Below, in pieces: positions 58,685 to 64,000 of a DNA stretch of 64,000 nucleotides; within the stretch, counting starts at the first letter, position 1; each line of letters starts with the position of its first letter. Location of the stretch: the NCBI GenBank assembly GCA_965209055.1, contig OZ242374.1, positions 1,568,001-1,632,000 of the forward strand. The letters run 5' to 3'. This DNA comes from Acidobacteriota bacterium. Lineage in GTDB: Bacteria > Acidobacteriota > UBA6911 > RPQK01 > JAJDTT01. The notes beneath the pieces are model-generated. The model saw only the letters and a list, made by a program, of their open reading frames with translations, did not search any database and had not been told where the DNA came from. Made by a program: the position numbers and the translations under genes.

Positions 58685-59752
58685 ATGAGCCGAAATAAGG
58701 AATTCGATTTCGAAAACTTGCCTCAGGCCAGCAAGGACATCTACGAACTGCGATTGAAGACGCCGGATCTGACCGGCCTGGCCGGCGCCGTTCGGACGAC
58801 CTGCGGCGATACGATTTCCGCGGACGCGATCACCGACGCCATTGCGGCGCGGTTGGATGCCGATTCGCTGTCGATCCCCGTCCTGGCGGTGAAGGGCGCC
58901 TCGGGACAGGGAAAGACTCTGGTGGCGACGGCCGGAGTGCACGGGGACGAATATGAGGGCATGGAGGCCATCTTCCGGATCTACGAAGCCCTGGATCCCT
59001 CCAACCTGTCCGGGGCCTTCGTCGCCGTGCCGGTGGTGACGCTTCCGGCGTTCTGGCAGGCGACGCGGGCAAACCCCGTGGACGGCCTCAACATGGCCCG
59101 CATCTTCCCCGGGTCTCCGTCGGGGTCCATGAGCGAGCGTCTGGCGTCCCTGATGCTGGAGAAGGTCTTCCGGCATGCTGACCTCTACATCGACCTGCAC
59201 AGCTCGGGCCGGAACTACGCCATGATGACTCTCGTCGGCTACGCCTCCGTGGGCCGGCAGGCCGAGACCGCCCGGGCGGCAGCGGAGTGCTTCGGAGCCC
59301 CTTTGGTCTGGGAGCATCCCAAGGTCTCTCCCGGCCGCACCCTGACCGAGACCCTGAAGCTGGAAATTCCGTCCCTTTACACCGAAGCCCGGGGAGGAGG
59401 CCGCGCCCACCCCGACGACGTGGATTGCTACACCCGGGGGCTGGCCAATCTGCTGGCGTTTCTCGAGATGGCGAAACTCCCCGCCGCCGGGCTGGGGACG
59501 GATTACGAGCCGCTGCGGCTTTGCGGCGACGGCGACGTGGATGTCTCCATGAAGTCCGGAAGCAGCGGACTCTTCTTCTCCGGCGGCCGTGTGGGCATGC
59601 GGGTTCGCGAAGGGGAGTTGCTGGGAATGATCCGGGATCTGGACGGCACGCCGTTGGAGGAAGTCCGGAGCCCTCAGGATGGTGTTTTGGTGATGATCCG
59701 GACCAACCCGCGCATCTTCGCCGGGGAGGTCCTCCTGGTCATCAACGCTTGA
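58685..59752 (+). CDS. succinylglutamate desuccinylase/aspartoacylase (M14) family protein
   Basis: AGVHGDEYEG, NMARIFPG, IDLHS. Confidence 0.88.
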   Translation: MSRNKEFDFENLPQASKDIYELRLKTPDLTGLAGAVRTTCGDTISADAITDAIAARLDADSLSIPVLAVKGASGQGKTLVATAGVHGDEYEGMEAIFRIYEALDPSNLSGAFVAVPVVTLPAFWQATRANPVDGLNMARIFPGSPSGSMSERLASLMLEKVFRHADLYIDLHSSGRNYAMMTLVGYASVGRQAETARAAAECFGAPLVWEHPKVSPGRTLTETLKLEIPSLYTEARGGGRAHPDDVDCYTRGLANLLAFLEMAKLPAAGLGTDYEPLRLCGDGDVDVSMKSGSSGLFFSGGRVGMRVREGELLGMIRDLDGTPLEEVRSPQDGVLVMIRTNPRIFAGEVLLVINA

Positions 59753-59787
59753 TCCGATTGTCGAGGGGACTGGGATGCCCCCTTCTC

Positions 59788-59925
59788 GGAAATAGGCGCG
59801 ATTTCCAATCGCCCTGTCTTCGTCGCCAAGTTTGTCACGCCGGAGTTCGGCGGTTAGGAAATAGGCGCTCCAGTTCGGCGATTGGAAATCGCCGCCCCGG
59901 TTCGGCGATTGGAAATCGCCGCTTC
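59788..59925. repeat. REP-like palindromes GGCGATTGGAAATCGCC
   Basis: Two direct copies (~59877, ~59904) and one inverted copy (~59798) between convergent genes. Confidence 0.7.
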
Positions 59926-59953
59926 TTTCCTTGTTCTGGTTCGAAGGGACGGA

Positions 59954-60727
59954 TCAGTTCAGCTTCTTGATCTTGATGTTCCGGAACCAGACCGGGTCGC
60001 TGTGGTCCTGCAGGACGATGTGACCCGCGTCCATGAGCCCGTAGTGGGGGAGATCCTTGAACTTGCTGGCGGCTACCCGCTTTTTCCAGTCCTCGCTGCG
60101 CAGCTCGTATTCAACGATCTTCTCGCCGTTCATCCAGTGCTCCACGTGGTTGCCGTGGGCGACGATTCCCACCTGGTTCCACTCGCCGGCCTTTCGAACC
60201 ACATCCTTCGAGGGGGGATGAAGAGCGTAGTTGGCGCCGGCGCTGGTCTCCCGCCTGGCGCCGTCGCGGTGGCCGGCATCGTCCAGAACCTGCATCTCCG
60301 GTCCCGTGTACCAGAGGCTTTCGTATTCCTCGCTGGCCCGAAAGAAAATCCCGCTGTTGCCGGCCTCCAGGACCTTCCATTCCAGCCGCAAATCGAAATC
60401 ACCGTACTGTTCGCGGGTGAGGATGTCCCCGGCCCGGACCTTTCCCGCGTAGTGGATGGAGTCGTCGTTGATCTCCCATCCTTCCGGAATCTCCTGGCTC
60501 CGGAAACCTCGCCACTGATCCAGGCTCTCTCCGTCGAAGAGCAACGTCCAACCTTCGGCCCGCTCCTCGTCGGTCAGGGTGTTCAACATCGGGGCCGCCT
60601 CCTCCTCCATCGCCGGCTCCGAGTCGGGTGCGGCGCAGGAGGCGAAGCAAACCAATATTCCCGAGAGCAGGGTTGCTGTTCTTGTCATGATGGTCTCCAT
60701 GAAGGTCCGGGAGGAGACGACTCTCAC
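59954..60727 (-). CDS. DUF1080 (3-keto-disaccharide hydrolase) lipoprotein
   Basis: LLFDGESL..W, GNSGIF, EMQVLDD, GHIVLQDH..FRNIKIK; lipobox FASC. Confidence 0.9.
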   Translation of the reverse strand: MRVVSSRTFMETIMTRTATLLSGILVCFASCAAPDSEPAMEEEAAPMLNTLTDEERAEGWTLLFDGESLDQWRGFRSQEIPEGWEINDDSIHYAGKVRAGDILTREQYGDFDLRLEWKVLEAGNSGIFFRASEEYESLWYTGPEMQVLDDAGHRDGARRETSAGANYALHPPSKDVVRKAGEWNQVGIVAHGNHVEHWMNGEKIVEYELRSEDWKKRVAASKFKDLPHYGLMDAGHIVLQDHSDPVWFRNIKIKKLN

Positions 60728-61575
60728 ACCCGGACGAATTTGGTCAGGCCGCCGTTGACGCCCACCTCGCCGATGTAGATGTCGCCCCGGCTGTCCCCCC
60801 AGATGGCGTGGGGGAAGCCTGGGAACTGTCCGGGACCGTCCCCTTCTTCACCCCAACGGGAAAGCACTTGGCCGTCCCGGTCGAGGACGCTGACGCGATG
60901 CCGGAGTTCGGCAACGAAAATGGTCTCGTCCGGATCGAACCAGACGAAGTCGGGCCCATGTGGATCGGCCCACTCCCTCAAGTAGTTTCCCTCGCCGTCG
61001 AAGATCTGGATCCGGTTGTTGGAGCGGTCGCAGACGTAGACCAGGTATTCTGAATCGACCCAGACGTCGTGGACCAGGTCGAACTGCCCGGGTCCCGTGC
61101 CCGGCTCGCCCCAACTTTTCAGGAGCACGCCTTCGGATGAGAACTTGTGCACTTTGTCGTTGCCGTATCCGTCGCTGACGAACAGGCAGCCGTCCGGTGC
61201 GATGGCCAGATTCGTGGGCAGGTTGAACGGCGCGCCGGGAGGACGGGGGACGCCGGGGGTGCCCAGGGTCCACTGCAGTTCACCGTCGGTGGTGAGTTTG
61301 TGGACGCAGTGGCCTTTCCACTCGGTGCAGTAAAGGTTGTCTTCCGCATCGATCCGAAGACCGTGAGCGTGGTGCAGCAGATCCTCGCCCCATGAGGTGA
61401 GGAAGTTTCCGTCCCGGTCGAAGACGACCATGGGGTGCTCGCTTCGGCTGTAGACGTAGACCCGGTCCCGGCTGTCGACGGCGATGGCGGGAATCCAGCC
61501 GAAGGTCCAGCCCGATGGGAGCTTGGCCCAATCGCGCACGGGTTCGTACTGATAGTCGCCTTGTCCCACCGGCAT
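60724..61575 (-). CDS. NHL-repeat protein (peptidyl-alpha-hydroxyglycine lyase-like)
   Basis: FNLPTNLA, VSDGYGN, WGEPGTGPGQF, DRSNNRIQIF. Confidence 0.88.
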   Translation of the reverse strand: MPVGQGDYQYEPVRDWAKLPSGWTFGWIPAIAVDSRDRVYVYSRSEHPMVVFDRDGNFLTSWGEDLLHHAHGLRIDAEDNLYCTEWKGHCVHKLTTDGELQWTLGTPGVPRPPGAPFNLPTNLAIAPDGCLFVSDGYGNDKVHKFSSEGVLLKSWGEPGTGPGQFDLVHDVWVDSEYLVYVCDRSNNRIQIFDGEGNYLREWADPHGPDFVWFDPDETIFVAELRHRVSVLDRDGQVLSRWGEEGDGPGQFPGFPHAIWGDSRGDIYIGEVGVNGGLTKFVRV

Positions 61576-61689
61576 CTGGCTCTCCTCTCTGATTGGAGTG
61601 GAATTGGAACACCCGCACCTACCCCTGTCAACCGGCGGGCCGTCCCATTCCCGTGCCCCGGCCGAAACGGAGCAGCGTCGGGGCAGACC

Positions 61690-63249
61690 TTACTTGAACT
61701 GGAAGGAAAAGAGCTTGGCGTTCCGAATCCAGAAGCGCAATTGAATGGGGCGGCCCGCCAGTTCGCTGAGGTCGTTTCGACCCTGCCAACTGGCTTGGTG
61801 CGTTCCCGTCATGGTCAGGGGATCGGATTGATCCAAGGAGAAGCCGGACAAGGGCTGGGCCTGATGATCCAGAATCTCCACCTTGATCTGCGCACGCCCC
61901 GCGCCATAGTTGTGAGGGGCGGCTTCCAGGTTCACCGCGAGTGACGCGCCTTCGAAGCTGAAGAGGTGGGTGAGCAGGATCCCCGGCCGAAGCTTTCCGG
62001 CGTCGATGGAAACGAATCCATCCTCTGGAAGCGTGGCCAGCCCGGGCGCCCGAATCGCCGATTCTCCGGCGAAAAAGAGCTGTTGGGGTCCCCTCCAGTT
62101 GGCGCCCGTGTAGTAGATCCAGATTTTGCCGTCACGCATGATCGGTGCCGAGGAGTAGACGCTCACTTCGTCGAAGCTGCCGTGGTCCCCGTTTCGGACC
62201 AGGGGCTCGCGGAATCTCCTCTCGTAGTGCACGCCGTCCCGACTGAAGGCCAGGGTGGGGTAGTGGAGAGTGTTGGTGGTTCGAAAGATCCAGGGCAGGG
62301 CGATGTAGACTCCCTCGTAGGCGACGACGGGGAAGTTGTAGAACTCGGCATCGACATAGTCCCGTTCGTCCGGCAGCAGGATGTTCTGGGGCAGACTCCA
62401 GTTCCTCAGATCGGGACTCTCGGCCCTTCCCACGATGCGTAGTCCCAGGGGACAAGCGCGGTGGAGGCAGTTCTCGATATGGGCCGCATACACCTTTCGG
62501 ATGGGATCCCATCCCATGTAGTGCGTGGGGCCCCAGCGGCCCGGCTCCGGTGTGGTATCCATCACAGGATTGTCCGGGTGGGGCGTCCACTCGAAGCCGT
62601 CGCCGGAGGTGTAGAGGTGGAGTTGCATGCCTGGGGGATCGCTGGAGCGGGTTTGACGGATCGCCTTGTAGCGCCTCGCCGGATCCTTCTCATGGGTGTC
62701 GAAGAAGGTGGGGGCCCGGCTGTCCTCGGGCAGGATGTTGTTGGAACGTGAGCCGTTGAACTCCACCTTGCCCAGACCGGGTTTTTCCCAGTGGATTCCG
62801 TCGCGGGAGGTCGCGTAACAGAGACGATAAATGTACTGGCCAGGGTCCCCTGTGTAGCGATAGGCCGCTTCCACCTTTTCCCGGGCGGCGCCCTTGTCCG
62901 TCCACTGGTAATCGGTCAGCGCTCCGCCCCCGCGCTGGGCCTTGTATTCATCTGTGGTTCTGTACCACATCTTGAACAGGCCCTCCTCCTCGTCGTAGAG
63001 AACCTTGGCGATGGGACTGAGACGGCCCTCCCAGGGGCGATCGGGCCTCACCACAGGATTGTTGGCCGATTTGGTGGCTGGGTTGAGCACCTGCCGGGCA
63101 TCGCTGAGGCTCTGGATCATGTAGTCGTCGATGAAGAGCTGTTTGCGGTTCCCGATCTCCAGCAGGCTCGTAGGTTCGGATGTTCCGTGAAGCTTCAGGA
63201 GGGTAAGCAGGAATACACCGAGACAGGTTAGAGAAACATGGCTTCTCAT
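61690..63249 (-). CDS. secreted beta-propeller glycoside hydrolase-like protein (paralog of 57018-58532)
   Basis: QLFIDD, YATSRDGIHWEKPGLG, FSRDG, EDGFVS, AKLFSFQF. Confidence 0.75.
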   Translation of the reverse strand: MRSHVSLTCLGVFLLTLLKLHGTSEPTSLLEIGNRKQLFIDDYMIQSLSDARQVLNPATKSANNPVVRPDRPWEGRLSPIAKVLYDEEEGLFKMWYRTTDEYKAQRGGGALTDYQWTDKGAAREKVEAAYRYTGDPGQYIYRLCYATSRDGIHWEKPGLGKVEFNGSRSNNILPEDSRAPTFFDTHEKDPARRYKAIRQTRSSDPPGMQLHLYTSGDGFEWTPHPDNPVMDTTPEPGRWGPTHYMGWDPIRKVYAAHIENCLHRACPLGLRIVGRAESPDLRNWSLPQNILLPDERDYVDAEFYNFPVVAYEGVYIALPWIFRTTNTLHYPTLAFSRDGVHYERRFREPLVRNGDHGSFDEVSVYSSAPIMRDGKIWIYYTGANWRGPQQLFFAGESAIRAPGLATLPEDGFVSIDAGKLRPGILLTHLFSFEGASLAVNLEAAPHNYGAGRAQIKVEILDHQAQPLSGFSLDQSDPLTMTGTHQASWQGRNDLSELAGRPIQLRFWIRNAKLFSFQFK

Positions 63250-63453
63250 TTCGTTCCTTCCTTGAAAGTCAGTACCTGCAGGCCAGGAATCCAATTGAGC
63301 AATCGGCTCTCAGGCGGCTGTTTCGTGGAGTTGGTTGAAACGACTATACAATCCGGTTCGATGCCCGGTCCATACGAGCCGGGGGAGAATTCCGTAACCG
63401 CGTGACTATAACTTTGTGCCGAAACGTACTCTCGGACCGAGAGTGGAGATCGT

Positions 63454-64000
63454 CTACGGGTCGGCCATCAGCCGAAGGAGAACGTCCCTGGAAATCAGAG
63501 CCATGTCCTGTCTGCGTTCCAGGAATGGCGAAACGTCCCGAAGAACCTGTTCCCAGTCAATCGTGTTCAGTTTATTCCTGATCAGCCCGCGCCAGTTTGC
63601 CGGTGTGACGTTGGGTGCGTCCCAACCCGACTGCCGGAGGGCGTTGTTCAATTGAACCAGGTTCGGAGCCGGCCAAGTGGGATCGGCAAGGTACCAACCC
63701 AAGTCATACAGGTCACGCCCCTTCGTATACTTGCGCATCAGCACGGCATGCAACTTGCCGGCCAGCAACGATTTCCGGTCGTAGTGAAGAAGATTCAACC
63801 AGACGAAGCGACGCACCAAGCGCGTCGTTGTGCGCGCACCGCGGGGAGGGTTGGTGTCGATCTCGACCTTCACCATGATCACCTCGTTGGGGTGGGGAGA
63901 CAGACCGATTTCGTACAGGAGCCCGCGTATCTTTATCGCGGCGGTCGCTACCGGGGGGCGTGGCCGGGGCAGGATCTCCACGTCGTATCCCTCCAGTGCA
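63454..64000 (-). CDS. AbiEii-like nucleotidyltransferase toxin (5' truncated by window edge)
   Basis: KVEIDTNPP, LLAGKLHAVL, KGRDLYDLGWYL. Confidence 0.85.
   Translation of the reverse strand, partial: ALEGYDVEILPRPRPPVATAAIKIRGLLYEIGLSPHPNEVIMVKVEIDTNPPRGARTTTRLVRRFVWLNLLHYDRKSLLAGKLHAVLMRKYTKGRDLYDLGWYLADPTWPAPNLVQLNNALRQSGWDAPNVTPANWRGLIRNKLNTIDWEQVLRDVSPFLERRQDMALISRDVLLRLMADP

Noticed and set aside
15245-59925. CRISPR array or classical integron attC array
   Set aside because: Repeats are dispersed, in both orientations and without regular spacers; no cas genes; integrases are P4-like rather than IntI
4555-62751. Long antisense or alternative-frame ORFs (e.g. 4555-5817, 6375-7583, 30916-32394, 32019-33533, 40886-42547, 42598-44133, 57156-58352)
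   Set aside because: Shadows of real genes in high-GC DNA; Arg/Pro/Gly-rich with no motifs

Overview
GC-rich bacterial chromosome segment; gene style suggests Acidobacteria (inference). 1-12.5 kb is housekeeping: ligA 3' end, PP2C phosphatase, amidohydrolase, a DnaA-box/AT-rich intergenic region (oriC candidate), lysC-dapB-dapA-dapD-aminotransferase, iscS/iscU-like genes, hsp20 and tRNA-Phe. A ~40 kb island is integrated at the tRNA-Phe 3' end (attL 12545-12569, attR 52704-52727, P4-like integrase). The island is nested. Two closely similar tyrosine-integrase elements (B, 15517-42672, minus strand; A, 30855-40694, plus strand, inside B) appear to have inserted site-specifically into the core of a ~280 bp palindromic non-coding element. 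That element occurs six times, shows compensatory base changes, and lies next to a Replic_Relax-like gene; four copies remain as intact empty targets. Both nested elements end in the same ~670 bp non-coding region with 22-23 bp inverted repeats. Cargo is mostly defence and toxin-antitoxin genes: SIR2-like plus large PD-(D/E)XK protein, EcoRI-type MTase plus DUF262-HNH, GHKL-histidine kinase/receiver/Dcm/Vsr, Type IIG R-M, DUF3467-HicB-HicA, an NYN RNase with a terminator-containing leader, and HigBA. Right of attR is a TA/repair cluster punctuated by AAGTGACTGTCCC motifs, then carbohydrate/peptidase genes and a partial AbiEii. All family calls are by motif recognition; no database searches were run.
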